Program-made: the position numbers and the translations under genes
Virus genome (UHGV): UHGV-0031292
Origin: a virus
Reading direction: 5' to 3' (one strand)
DNA length: 39,344 nucleotides
Notes under the pieces: model-generated
Database searches by the model: none
Seen by the model: only the letters and a program-made list of their open reading frames with translations
What the model was told of the DNA's origin: nothing
Shown here: piece after piece, positions 8,800 to 17,365 of the stretch
Layout: each line of letters begins with the position of its first letter
How positions within the stretch are numbered: position 1 is the stretch's first letter

Positions 8800-9477
8800 A
8801 TGGAAAGTAATATCAAAGGGTTAGTTGCCGCCGGGCATGAGATGGCTTCGGAACTGAAAGCAGAATGTGGTGCCGTTGATATGCGCAGTGTGGCAAAGCT
8901 GATCAGCGATTTGGCAACGCAACTGGAAGTGCAACTGGTGCGTGCTAATGCGATGGCCGAAGACCAGCAGAAAGCGATTGAGTCAATTAAGCAGGCTGAT
9001 GCAGCTGTTAAGTTGGCACACGAGAAGTTTTCGGCGCTGGCGGCGGAGAATGCGGGGCTGAAGGCGGGACATTCATATTTCTCATATGGCTCTGAGCATA
9101 ATTTCGAATGGCACAAAACTGCTGAGGAAGCTATCGAATCGGCTGAGGCTGCAATCGACGACTATCGCGGTGATGCTTGCGATGGATGGAGCGAAGAGGT
9201 CGATAGTATTTGCTGGGGAATCATCATGCAATCGTCAACGAAGGTTGGCGAACGACCACGCAACGAGGATGACTGTTGTGATCCTGCGATCGATACGATT
9301 TGCGATTATGCGCTTCTGCCTAATATCGAAACCCCAGCCACCGACGCTTTCCTAGCTGAAGTTCGAGCGCAGGGTGTAGATATGGCAGCTTGCGCCCTTG
9401 ATAACGTAAACCAGTTCAATTACGCAAACATGCTCGATGATTTAGCGCAGAAGATTCGCAAAGGAGTGCAGTCATGA
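8800..9477 (+). CDS. Hypothetical early protein
   Basis: 225-aa ORF with GAGGG ribosome-binding site; no recognised domain. Confidence 0.5.
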   Translation: MESNIKGLVAAGHEMASELKAECGAVDMRSVAKLISDLATQLEVQLVRANAMAEDQQKAIESIKQADAAVKLAHEKFSALAAENAGLKAGHSYFSYGSEHNFEWHKTAEEAIESAEAAIDDYRGDACDGWSEEVDSICWGIIMQSSTKVGERPRNEDDCCDPAIDTICDYALLPNIETPATDAFLAEVRAQGVDMAACALDNVNQFNYANMLDDLAQKIRKGVQS

Positions 9478-9974
9478 GCAACATCGACAAACGCGCATTA
9501 CGTCATAGCGCAGAAAGCATAATCGGCATTCTGGAAAACATTGCCGGGTTCGAACCATCTGATATCGACGGCGACTCTGTAGAGCTCCGCTTTGAAACTG
9601 AGGACGGTTTCGATACTGGTTGTGACGTTAGCATTGTTGACCAGTGCCAGAAAACCGCTGATGTAGTTCGGGCGCTGCTGGATGAGCTGGAAAGAAACCA
9701 GCAATACATCAAACGCCGCGACCAGGAGAACGAGGATATTGCGCTTACGGTTGGGAGGCTGCGCGTTGAGCTTGAAGCAGAAAAACAGCGGGCAAAAGTT
9801 CTATTTATGGAAAATGCTCGGCTTAAGTCAGGCATAGCCGGTCTGATACACCTCGGTATTCGATATGCAGATGTTGAGGTCATGAAAATTGCTGGAGATG
9901 CCCAGCTTTCTACCCCATGCACTGACAGCATCATAAACAGCATTGCAACAGGCATTCGCATCAAAGGAGAGTGA
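9474..9974 (+). CDS. Hypothetical early protein (coiled-coil segment)
   Basis: 166-aa ORF overlapping the upstream stop (ATGA). Confidence 0.5.
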   Translation: MSNIDKRALRHSAESIIGILENIAGFEPSDIDGDSVELRFETEDGFDTGCDVSIVDQCQKTADVVRALLDELERNQQYIKRRDQENEDIALTVGRLRVELEAEKQRAKVLFMENARLKSGIAGLIHLGIRYADVEVMKIAGDAQLSTPCTDSIINSIATGIRIKGE

Positions 9975-9975
9975 T

Positions 9976-10491
9976 ATGGCGTTAACACACCACGAACTCT
10001 GTCAGATTGCGTACAAGTTCCTTAAGCGCAACGGGTTCAAGGTTTGCTTTCATGACCGCTTTGTTGCTGTAACCAGTACCGGAGAACAGCCAGATGCTAT
10101 GGGATTCAGAAATTCAGCATCATACCTGATAGAGGCGAAGTGTTCTCGTGCTGACTTGTTGGCAGATAGAAAAAAGCGTTTCCGTAAAAATCCCTCACTT
10201 GGCATGGGCGACTGGCGATTCTTTATTAGTGAGCCGGAAATTATTTCAGTTGAGGATTTACCTCCCGGCTGGGGATTACTTCACGTTGTTAACGGAAGAG
10301 TACGGAAAGTACATGGATGGCCCAGGGGTAATTGCTGTTGGGGTAATCCTGACGATAAGCCATTTACTGGGAATAAGCAGGTTGAATGCGATTACATGTT
10401 ATCTGCATTAAGGCGCATGGAGTTGAGAGGGCACCTTAATGAAATATATGACGGTGTGATTGTTAATAAGAAAGAAGGAAACGCGGCATGA
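9976..10491 (+). CDS. Hypothetical protein with PD-(D/E)XK-like motif
   Basis: Start MALTHH after AAAGGAGAG; motif PDAMGF...LIEAKCS. Confidence 0.5.
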   Translation: MALTHHELCQIAYKFLKRNGFKVCFHDRFVAVTSTGEQPDAMGFRNSASYLIEAKCSRADLLADRKKRFRKNPSLGMGDWRFFISEPEIISVEDLPPGWGLLHVVNGRVRKVHGWPRGNCCWGNPDDKPFTGNKQVECDYMLSALRRMELRGHLNEIYDGVIVNKKEGNAA

Positions 10492-11042
10492 TCACTATTA
10501 CCAAAGGGCGACTGCTGACAATCAAGCAGTGGCGCGAAATATACGGACCTGGTAGCAACGTTGTACTGCCAGCAGAAGAAGCGGAAGAACTGGCACGGAT
10601 TGCACTGGCATCGCTGGAAGCAGAGTCTGTAAGCCAAACTTACAACTTGCCAGAATTGATCGAAGGCATGGAAGTTTCCATTGATGTAAGCACTTGTGAT
10701 GCTGATTTAGGTAATCGCTATTTCGGCACCGTCACCGAGGCGTTAGAACTTGATACAGCCAAGAATGGTTACATCCTCCTGGTTCAGGACGCAGAGCCAA
10801 ACTTCGATGTAAATGGCAACTCTCCGAGTTGGATAAGCTGTAGTGATCAAATGCCTGAAAAGGGCCAGAACGTGCTTATTTCGGTGAATTTCGATAGCTC
10901 TCTGGTTGAACCGCTAATATGCTCCGCACGCTATACCGGAAGCACCTTTCGGCGCGGAGATGCAACGATTAAGCCGGGTAATGGTATTGAGCAAGCAACT
11001 CACTGGATGCCGCTACCAGAACCGCCGCAGGAGGTGAAGTGA
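10488..11042 (+). CDS. Hypothetical phage protein with C-terminal DUF551-like domain
   Basis: 184-aa ORF; C-terminal WISCSDQMPE...ATHWMPLPEPP. Confidence 0.5.
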   Translation: MITITKGRLLTIKQWREIYGPGSNVVLPAEEAEELARIALASLEAESVSQTYNLPELIEGMEVSIDVSTCDADLGNRYFGTVTEALELDTAKNGYILLVQDAEPNFDVNGNSPSWISCSDQMPEKGQNVLISVNFDSSLVEPLICSARYTGSTFRRGDATIKPGNGIEQATHWMPLPEPPQEVK

Positions 11043-11404
11043 TGGACTATTCACAGTTAAGTGATTTTGAAATTAACGTGGCGGTATTCGAAGCCATTCA
11101 TAGCGGATCACCGGATTACAAAGAAGGTGAGAATGGCGATATGGTGTTTGTCTCATTTGAGGGAGACATTGTAAACGGAGACGCAGTTGAAGTAGAAGTT
11201 GAGCGCGGATCCTTTAACCCATGCGCAAACCCAGCAGACGCATGGCCGATTATTGCTGATAACGGAGTTAACATTCTCTGGGACTGGAACGAAAGCGGTT
11301 TGCACGGTGCTTCTGCCAACCCTATTTGGGAGCATGAGCATGAAAATGTTCTCCGAGCCGCCATGATTGTATTTCTCATGATGCAGGAAAATCAGAATGG
11401 CTAA
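11042..11404 (+). CDS. Hypothetical protein
   Basis: ATG after GGAGGTGAAGTG; acidic 120-aa product. Confidence 0.45.
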   Translation: MDYSQLSDFEINVAVFEAIHSGSPDYKEGENGDMVFVSFEGDIVNGDAVEVEVERGSFNPCANPADAWPIIADNGVNILWDWNESGLHGASANPIWEHEHENVLRAAMIVFLMMQENQNG

Positions 11405-11735
11405 ATCAGCAGCAGAGCGCAAAGCTGCTCAGAGAGCCAGACAAGCTGCATCTGGTGTGCGTAAGCTGGAAATTGTGCTTGATGCTCAGGAAATTGAAAT
11501 GCTTGAGCGTAACTGTGCCGCGCGTCGCCCCGGGCGTGCGCCTTACGAATTTGGTGAGTATATAGCGTTACTGATCCGCCAGGATGATGCACGCGTGCGC
11601 GGGCGTATAAAATCGATCAGCAGAAAATGTTGCGGTAAGTGCGGCGAGAGAGTTCCAGTTAATTCATGCCCGTGTAATGGTGACTCGCAATGCTGGGTGA
11701 CTAAAGGCTGGCATGAAACGAAATTAATAGTGTGA
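11397..11735 (+). CDS. Small basic protein with C-terminal Cys-rich zinc-ribbon-like motif; candidate late-gene regulator (speculative)
   Basis: 112-aa ORF, last early-right gene before terminator and packaging genes; motif CCGKCGERVPVNSCPCNG. Confidence 0.4.
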   Translation: MAKSAAERKAAQRARQAASGVRKLEIVLDAQEIEMLERNCAARRPGRAPYEFGEYIALLIRQDDARVRGRIKSISRKCCGKCGERVPVNSCPCNGDSQCWVTKGWHETKLIV

Positions 11736-11743
11736 CATGTCAC
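11732..11743. promoter_or_regulatory. 12-bp perfect palindrome GTGACATGTCAC overlapping the stop codon of the 11397 gene (copy 1 of 2)
   Basis: Identical 12-mer at 31923-31934. Confidence 0.4.
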
Positions 11744-11784
11744 GAGTAGATTATGCATGATGAATTTGATGGGTTTTGAATACT

Positions 11785-11810
11785 GCCGCCAACTATGGCG
11801 GCTTTATTTT
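11785..11810 (+). terminator. Intrinsic terminator between early-right and packaging genes (GCCGCC-AACTAT-GGCGGC plus TTTATTTT)
   Basis: Perfect 6-bp GC stem and T-rich tail; lies inside the N-terminal extension of the track ORF 11776-12450. Confidence 0.55.
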
Positions 11811-11853
11811 GCATGGTACTATTACCACAACGGTAACTATTACCACGGTGGTT

Positions 11854-12450
11854 ATGATGCCTGCTGAACCTAAAACCTATAAACGCAAATCAACGCAATT
11901 TAAGCCACTAACAGCAATGCAGGAGGCTTATTGCCAGTCATACATCAAAACGCCTGAAAACCAGACTCAGGCAGCGATTAACGCAGGATTCTCCCCAAAT
12001 ACAGCGGCAGTTAAAGCCAGTGTCATGATGCGCGATGAACGCATTCAAAAACGGATTGCCGAGTTGATGGAGGAGCGCAACAAACGAATGCGCGTCAGTG
12101 CTGATTACGTTCTCATGCGCCTGGTGGAGATCGACCAGATGGACGTGATCGACATCCTCAACGACGATGGGAGCCTTAAACCAATCCGTGAGTGGCCGAA
12201 AATCTGGCGCACTACGCTTAGTGGCTTTGATCTGTCATCGACCATCATGAACATGAACGAGGATTCGATAGAGACAATCCTCAAAAAAATTAAATGGCCT
12301 GACAAGGTGAAGAACCTTGAGCTGATTGGTAAGCATGTTGATGTCAACGCGTTCAAAGAACGTCTGGATGTTAATGTGAATGTGACAATTGCTGATCGCA
12401 TAGCAGCAGCCAGGAAGCGACTCAAAGAACGTCAGGATGGTAATCAGTGA
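11854..12450 (+). CDS. Terminase small subunit
   Basis: Directly upstream of and overlapping the large terminase; start moved to MMPAEPK because the longer ORF includes a terminator hairpin. Confidence 0.6.
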   Translation: MMPAEPKTYKRKSTQFKPLTAMQEAYCQSYIKTPENQTQAAINAGFSPNTAAVKASVMMRDERIQKRIAELMEERNKRMRVSADYVLMRLVEIDQMDVIDILNDDGSLKPIREWPKIWRTTLSGFDLSSTIMNMNEDSIETILKKIKWPDKVKNLELIGKHVDVNAFKERLDVNVNVTIADRIAAARKRLKERQDGNQ

Positions 12451-13922
12451 CAGATACAGCGTTATCTCCTGAAGAGCAGTTGATCGAGGATATTGCAGGG
12501 TTCACTCACGATCCGCTTGGCTATGCCCTCTATGCGTTCCCGTGGGGGGAAGAGGGGACTGAACTGGCACATGCCACCGGCCCACGTCAGTGGCAGGCTG
12601 ATGCGTTCCGAGAGATACGTGATCACCTGCAGAATCCAGAGACGCGCTATCAGCCGCTTATGCTGGCACGCGCTTCTGGTCACGGTATTGGTAAATCCGC
12701 ATTCATCTCAATGCTGATCAACTGGGGCATGTCCACTTGCGAGGATTGTAAGGTCGTGGTGACCGCCAACACCGACAACCAGCTACGAACGAAGACCTGG
12801 CCGGAAATTATCAAGTGGTCGAACCTTGCTATCACGAAAGACTGGTTTACCTGTACCGCTACCGCGATGTACAGCAATGATCCTGGACACGACAAGCGGT
12901 GGCGAGCTGACGCAATACCCTGGTCTGAGCACAACACTGAGGCATTCGCCGGACTACACAACGAGCGCAAACGCATCATCGTGGTATTCGATGAAGCGTC
13001 GAACATTGCGGATCTGGTGTGGGAAGTTGCCGAGGGTGCGCTAACGGACGAAGACACTGAGATTATCTGGGTGGCGTTCGGAAACCCGACGCGTAATACC
13101 GGACGTTTCCGCGAATGTTTCCGCAAATATAAACACCGCTGGAAAACTGCGCAGATTGACAGCCGGACGGTGGAAGGCACCAACAAACAGCAGTTGCAGA
13201 AATGGGTTGATGACTACGGGGAAGACAGCGACTTCGTTAAAATCCGTGTGCGCGGCATATTCCCTGATGCATCTGAATTGCAGTTTATCCCTACCGGTCT
13301 TACTGACGAGGCAATGAAACGGGTGGTAACTGCTGCGCAGGTGGCACATGCTCCGGTGATAATCGGCGTTGACCCTGCATACTCCGGTGTTGATGACGCG
13401 GTGATATACCTGCGGCAGGGGCTGCACAGTAAGGTGCTGTGGACCGGCAACAAGACCACTGACGATCTGATTATGGCAAAGCGTATCGCTGACTTTGAAG
13501 ACCAGTATCAGGCTGACGCGGTGTTCATCGACTTCGGTTACGGTACCGGGCTGAAGTCAATCGGTGACGGTTGGGGGCGCACATGGCAACTTGTTCCGTT
13601 CGGTGGCGCGTCTACTGACCCGCAGATGCTCAACAAGCGTGGGGAGATGTTCAACTCATGCAAGACATGGCTGAGGCTGGGCGGCATGCTGGATGACCAG
13701 GAAACAGCGGACGACCTGTCGGCGGCAGAGTACAAAGTTCGAGTGGACGGTAAAATCGTTATCGAACCGAAGGAAGATATCAAGGAGCGGCTTGGGCGTT
13801 CGCCGGGTAAAGGCGATGCGCTACTGCTGACGTTTGCTTTCCCGGTGTCAAAGCGCCTGCGACTTCCCGGGCAGCAGAACCAGCAAGGCAAGGCGCTTAC
13901 CGAGTACGATCCATATGCTTAG
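12447..13922 (+). CDS. Terminase large subunit (ATPase/nuclease)
   Basis: 491-aa ORF with P-loop-like SGHGIGKS and DEAS (Walker B-like) motifs; GTG start overlapping upstream stop. Confidence 0.8.
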   Translation: MTDTALSPEEQLIEDIAGFTHDPLGYALYAFPWGEEGTELAHATGPRQWQADAFREIRDHLQNPETRYQPLMLARASGHGIGKSAFISMLINWGMSTCEDCKVVVTANTDNQLRTKTWPEIIKWSNLAITKDWFTCTATAMYSNDPGHDKRWRADAIPWSEHNTEAFAGLHNERKRIIVVFDEASNIADLVWEVAEGALTDEDTEIIWVAFGNPTRNTGRFRECFRKYKHRWKTAQIDSRTVEGTNKQQLQKWVDDYGEDSDFVKIRVRGIFPDASELQFIPTGLTDEAMKRVVTAAQVAHAPVIIGVDPAYSGVDDAVIYLRQGLHSKVLWTGNKTTDDLIMAKRIADFEDQYQADAVFIDFGYGTGLKSIGDGWGRTWQLVPFGGASTDPQMLNKRGEMFNSCKTWLRLGGMLDDQETADDLSAAEYKVRVDGKIVIEPKEDIKERLGRSPGKGDALLLTFAFPVSKRLRLPGQQNQQGKALTEYDPYA

Positions 13923-14737
13923 TCTTTATTTTTATCCTCGAAACCTGATAATCCAGATAGAACACCAAAGTTATTAAAAACGTTTGGCTTACCAGATTTT
14001 AATCCGGATAAGTTGTGTTGCTCCAAAAAGTTGCTAATTGTTTGGCCGTTGCCAAGTGCAAGGCTTTTTATTTGAGATTTTTCAGGGTATTTGAGTTTGT
14101 ATTCGTCGAAATCATTTTGGAGGGTCTTATATGCCTCATTCATTCTTCCAAGAGTTTCCGATATCTCTTTTAATGAATGATTTAGAGCTGCTAACTGAGC
14201 ACTGGCGGATCTCAATTCGTCATCTTTAGCTTTCAACTCGGCAGTCAATTCCCCCATACTATTCTTTGATCGAATAATCTCTTCTTTCATCTCTTGGATG
14301 TCTTTTTCCGCGCCAGTCTTAACTTTGTCGTATGTAACATCTTTTTTAGCCAATAACCTCTGCAGTCTTGTTTCACGCTGGATTTTTCTTGCCTTCAGGT
14401 GATTTTCGATTGAGTCATTATTATCAAGAGGCTTTGCTTGCCATACGTTAATGATATTGTTTACCCATGGTAATAGGCAGCAGATAGCAATTACAGATAA
14501 GCATGGATAAAACATAACAGTTTTCCATGTGCTGTTATCTGAGATATATGAAATTTTATCTATTATGTTTGATTTGCTAAAAAATAGATAAAGAATTGAT
14601 TTCCAGTTGAAGGCGCACCAGGACATAACAAAAGCACCAAGCACAGGGTTTTTGGCTCTATTCACGGCAGTATTGGCAGTAGATAAAAACAGCTCTTTAA
14701 ACGATTCAAACATGCTAATTACCTTGAAGTTTTTCAT
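13919..14737 (-). CDS. AT-rich moron: membrane protein (2 predicted TM helices) with long C-terminal coiled coil; candidate superinfection-exclusion or abortive-infection factor
   Basis: Opposite strand to flanking late genes; low GC; hydrophobic N-terminus; heptad-rich C-terminus; start taken as MKNFKV (internal ATG). Confidence 0.55.
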   Translation of the reverse strand: MKNFKVISMFESFKELFLSTANTAVNRAKNPVLGAFVMSWCAFNWKSILYLFFSKSNIIDKISYISDNSTWKTVMFYPCLSVIAICCLLPWVNNIINVWQAKPLDNNDSIENHLKARKIQRETRLQRLLAKKDVTYDKVKTGAEKDIQEMKEEIIRSKNSMGELTAELKAKDDELRSASAQLAALNHSLKEISETLGRMNEAYKTLQNDFDEYKLKYPEKSQIKSLALGNGQTISNFLEQHNLSGLKSGKPNVFNNFGVLSGLSGFEDKNKD

Positions 14738-14741
14738 GATT

Positions 14742-14756
14742 ATACCTTTAAGGTAA
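14742..14756. promoter_or_regulatory. Palindrome copy (variant ATACCTTTAAGGTAA) a few bp upstream of the moron start, overlapping a TATAAT on the minus strand
   Basis: Matches xxACC-N5-GGTAA; minus strand reads ...TTACCTTAAAGGTATAATCATG. Confidence 0.45.
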
Positions 14757-14772
14757 TTTGCGGTCATCAAGC

Positions 14773-14798
14773 AAAAAAATGCCCGGACGAACCGGGCG
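14773..14798 (-). terminator. Intrinsic terminator on minus strand (GCCCGG-TTCGT-CCGGGC plus T7) between tRNA and moron
   Basis: Perfect 6-bp GC stem followed by TTTTTTT on the minus strand. Confidence 0.6.
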
Positions 14799-14959
14799 AA
14801 CTGGAAGCAATGAGTTATGCCTTCCGTGGCTGTACGGGTTTACAGCATGAAGTCATCGCAATGGCGTCCTGCTGTAAAAAGGGCGGTGATAGTCCTTCAA
14901 GGGAAACCATCACCGCCAAGCACCTGGAACTTCTGGCATCACGGTCCTTAGGCGTGATT

Positions 14960-15036
14960 CTGGCGTGGCATGCAGGATTCGAACCTGCGACCAACCGCTT
15001 AGAAGGCGGTTGCTCTGTCCGACTGAGCTAATGCCA
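14960..15036 (-). tRNA. tRNA-Arg, anticodon UCU (decodes AGA)
   Basis: Minus-strand 77-nt sequence GTGGCATTAGCTCAGTCGGACAGAGCAACCGCCTTCTAAGCGGTTGGTCGCAGGTTCGAATCCTGCATGCCACGCCA folds as a cloverleaf (7-bp acceptor stem, CTTCTAA anticodon loop, GGTTCGAATCC T-arm, encoded CCA). Confidence 0.85.
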
Positions 15037-15359
15037 CAACGCTGAGAGCACTTAGCCTGTTAAGGCGCCACACTTTGTCGCGGCTCCATAAATGCTCTCA
15101 TCGTTGTACCCTCGTCTCTTCCGAGGCGTCACACCGAATCGCCGGGATGGTGAATCCCCGTGCGCGGAATAAAACCGCTCGACTTGCACATTCCGGCTAC
15201 CTGGTTCGTTTGCTCGAGCAAGGGAGGGTGCCCCTTAAACGTATCCAGACCGCTATCGGCGCATGTGCCATACGCCGTACTGCTCAAAATAAAAGCTCAC
15301 TCCTCCTGTTCAATTTAACGACAAGCCAGTCAGGTTAATAACCGGAATGAACTCTTTGC

Positions 15360-15374
15360 TTACCTGAAAGGTAA
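15360..15374. promoter_or_regulatory. Exact palindrome copy TTACCTGAAAGGTAA upstream of the portal operon; start of a conserved promoter-like module
   Basis: Identical 15-mer at 34324-34338; CATATGTGGTT follows about 45 bp downstream. Confidence 0.6.
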
Positions 15375-15464
15375 TAATTCGTGCGTTAAATGTCAACTAT
15401 CTACGATAAATAAATCATATGTGGTTAAATTGGTAATAATTTAATTGCGTACGGAGTCATTGAT

Positions 15465-15671
15465 ATGTGCATGGGTAGCTCACCATCAGTGCCTGCAACA
15501 CCAGAAGTTCAGGCAGCACCACAGGAGCAGGATGCCGCCGTTGTTGATGCCCGCGACGAAGAAACACGTCGCCGTCGCGCTGCTGCTGGTCGTAGTTCTA
15601 CGCTGCTTACCGGTTCTCAGGGCGACACATCAACCGCTAATACCAGCGGTAAAACGCTGCTTGGTCAGTAA
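15465..15671 (+). CDS. Small hypothetical protein preceding the portal gene
   Basis: 68-aa ORF with GGAG ribosome-binding site; low-complexity Ala/Arg-rich product. Confidence 0.4.
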   Translation: MCMGSSPSVPATPEVQAAPQEQDAAVVDARDEETRRRRAAAGRSSTLLTGSQGDTSTANTSGKTLLGQ

Positions 15672-15685
15672 CCGGAGTCATTGAA

Positions 15686-17365
15686 ATGGCGGAAACAACT
15701 AAAGAGCGATTGAACAAACAGTTCGCACAACTTGAAAGCGAGCGTCAATCGTTCGAGCCGCACTGGCGCGAGTTGAGTGATTACATCAACCCGCGTGGTT
15801 CCCGCTTTCTGACTTCTGAGGTCAACCGTAACGATCGACGCAATACACGCATTATTGATTCGACCGGGACTATGGCGGCGCGCACTCTCGCCAGCGGCAT
15901 GATGTCAGGCATCACAAGCCCCGCGCGTCCGTGGTTTCGCCTGGCTACGCCAGATCCTGAAATGATGGATTATGGCCCTGTTAAGTTGTGGCTTGAGGCG
16001 GTGCAGAACCGCATGAACGATATGTTCAATAAGTCGAATCTCTATCAGTCGCTGCCGCAGTTATACGGAAGCCTCGGCACATACAGCACTGGTGCAATGG
16101 CGGTGCTGGAGGATGACGAGGACATTATTCGCACAATGCCATTCCCGATAGGCAGTTACTACCTGGCTAACTCACCTCGTGGCAGTGTGGACACCTGTTT
16201 TCGCAAGTTCTCTATGACTGTTCGTCAGCTTGTTCAGGAGTTCGGGCTAAATAACGTCAGCGAATCCGTAAAAAGCATGTGGGAAAGCGGCACCTACGAG
16301 AAGTGGATCGAAGTGATGCATTCGGTTTACCCGAACATTGACCGCGATACATCGAAGCTGGATAGCAAGAACAAGCCATTCAAATCGGTTTATTACGAGG
16401 TTGGTGGCGATAACGACAAGTTGTTGCGTGAGTCCGGATTCGATGAGTTTCCAATTATGGCTCCGCGCTGGGAAGTTAATGGCGAAGATGTTTATGGATC
16501 ATCATGCCCGGGTATGCTGGCGCTTGGACCTGTTAAGGCATTGCAGCTTCTCCAGAAGCGCAAGTCGCAGTTGATTGATAAAGCCACCAATCCGCCGATG
16601 GTTGCTCCGACTTCCCTCAAGAATCAGCGTGCCTCCCTTCTTCCTGGCGACATCACGTATATCGATCAGATTACTGGTCAGGATGGCTTCAGGCCTGCTT
16701 ATCTGGTTAACCCCAGTACAGCAGATTTGGTGGCAGACATTCAGGACACTCGTCAAATCATTAACAGCGCCTACTTCGTCGATCTGTTCATGATGTTGCA
16801 GAACATCAATACCCGCTCAATGCCTGTTGAAGCGGTGATCGAAATGAAAGAAGAAAAGCTTCTGATGTTGGGGCCGGTTCTGGAGCGTCTGAACGACGAA
16901 TGTCTTAATCCTCTCATTGACCGCGCTTTCTCGATGATGGTGCGTAAAAACATGCTGCCGCCACCGCCTGACGCGATGGAAGGCATGCCCCTGAAGGTCG
17001 AATACATTTCCGTCATGGCTCAGGCGCAGAAGTCTATCGGCCTGTCCAGTCTGGCGTCCACGGTTAACTTCATTGGTCAACTTGCGCAAGCGAAACCAGA
17101 AGCTCTCGACAAACTCAACGTTGATCAGGCGATCGATGCATTCGCTGATATGTCCGGAGTGTCTCCAACCGTCATTGTTCCGCAGGAACAGGTTGAGCAG
17201 GCTCGCCAACAACGGGCACAGCAGCAACAGCAGCAACAAATGATGGCGATGGGGATGGCGGCGGCACAGGGTGCCAAGACGCTAAGCGAAGCTAAAACTT
17301 CGGATCCGAGTGTTTTGTCAGCTATGGCGAATGCAGTTAGTGGTCAGGGTGGGCAATCACAATGA
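15686..17365 (+). CDS. Portal (head-to-tail connector) protein, podovirus type
   Basis: 559-aa ORF after terminase and before scaffold/capsid; CCGGAG ribosome-binding site. Confidence 0.8.
   Translation: MAETTKERLNKQFAQLESERQSFEPHWRELSDYINPRGSRFLTSEVNRNDRRNTRIIDSTGTMAARTLASGMMSGITSPARPWFRLATPDPEMMDYGPVKLWLEAVQNRMNDMFNKSNLYQSLPQLYGSLGTYSTGAMAVLEDDEDIIRTMPFPIGSYYLANSPRGSVDTCFRKFSMTVRQLVQEFGLNNVSESVKSMWESGTYEKWIEVMHSVYPNIDRDTSKLDSKNKPFKSVYYEVGGDNDKLLRESGFDEFPIMAPRWEVNGEDVYGSSCPGMLALGPVKALQLLQKRKSQLIDKATNPPMVAPTSLKNQRASLLPGDITYIDQITGQDGFRPAYLVNPSTADLVADIQDTRQIINSAYFVDLFMMLQNINTRSMPVEAVIEMKEEKLLMLGPVLERLNDECLNPLIDRAFSMMVRKNMLPPPPDAMEGMPLKVEYISVMAQAQKSIGLSSLASTVNFIGQLAQAKPEALDKLNVDQAIDAFADMSGVSPTVIVPQEQVEQARQQRAQQQQQQQMMAMGMAAAQGAKTLSEAKTSDPSVLSAMANAVSGQGGQSQ

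Noticed and set aside
8535-9116. Long antisense ORFs inside well-supported genes (e.g. 8535-9116, 9503-9988, 12680-13186, 16817-17239, 17781-18362, 19889-20368, 20901-21413, 24696-25223, 27702-28178, 28652-29167, 29985-30446, 38043-38687, 38851-39165)
   Set aside because: Shadow ORFs on the opposite strand of coupled operons; Cys/Ser/Arg-rich low-complexity products, no ribosome-binding sites, and they would require overlapping antisense transcription of densely packed genes.
11776-11853. N-terminal extension of the small terminase ORF (track start 11776)
   Set aside because: The extension contains a terminator hairpin (11785-11810) and direct repeats, so the start was moved to the MMPAEPK methionines at about 11854.
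14718-14730. Additional TTACC-containing sequence (AATTACCTTGAAG) near the moron start
   Set aside because: Only one half-site; lacks the GGTAA partner at the correct spacing, so not counted as a palindrome copy.
14810-15031. 73-aa plus-strand ORF
   Set aside because: Overlaps the tRNA-Arg gene and its terminator; the tRNA cloverleaf explains the sequence far better.
15075-15338. 87-aa ORF in the GC-rich segment next to the tRNA
   Set aside because: No ribosome-binding site, low-complexity basic product; the region is more likely non-coding (kept as a finding, not a CDS).
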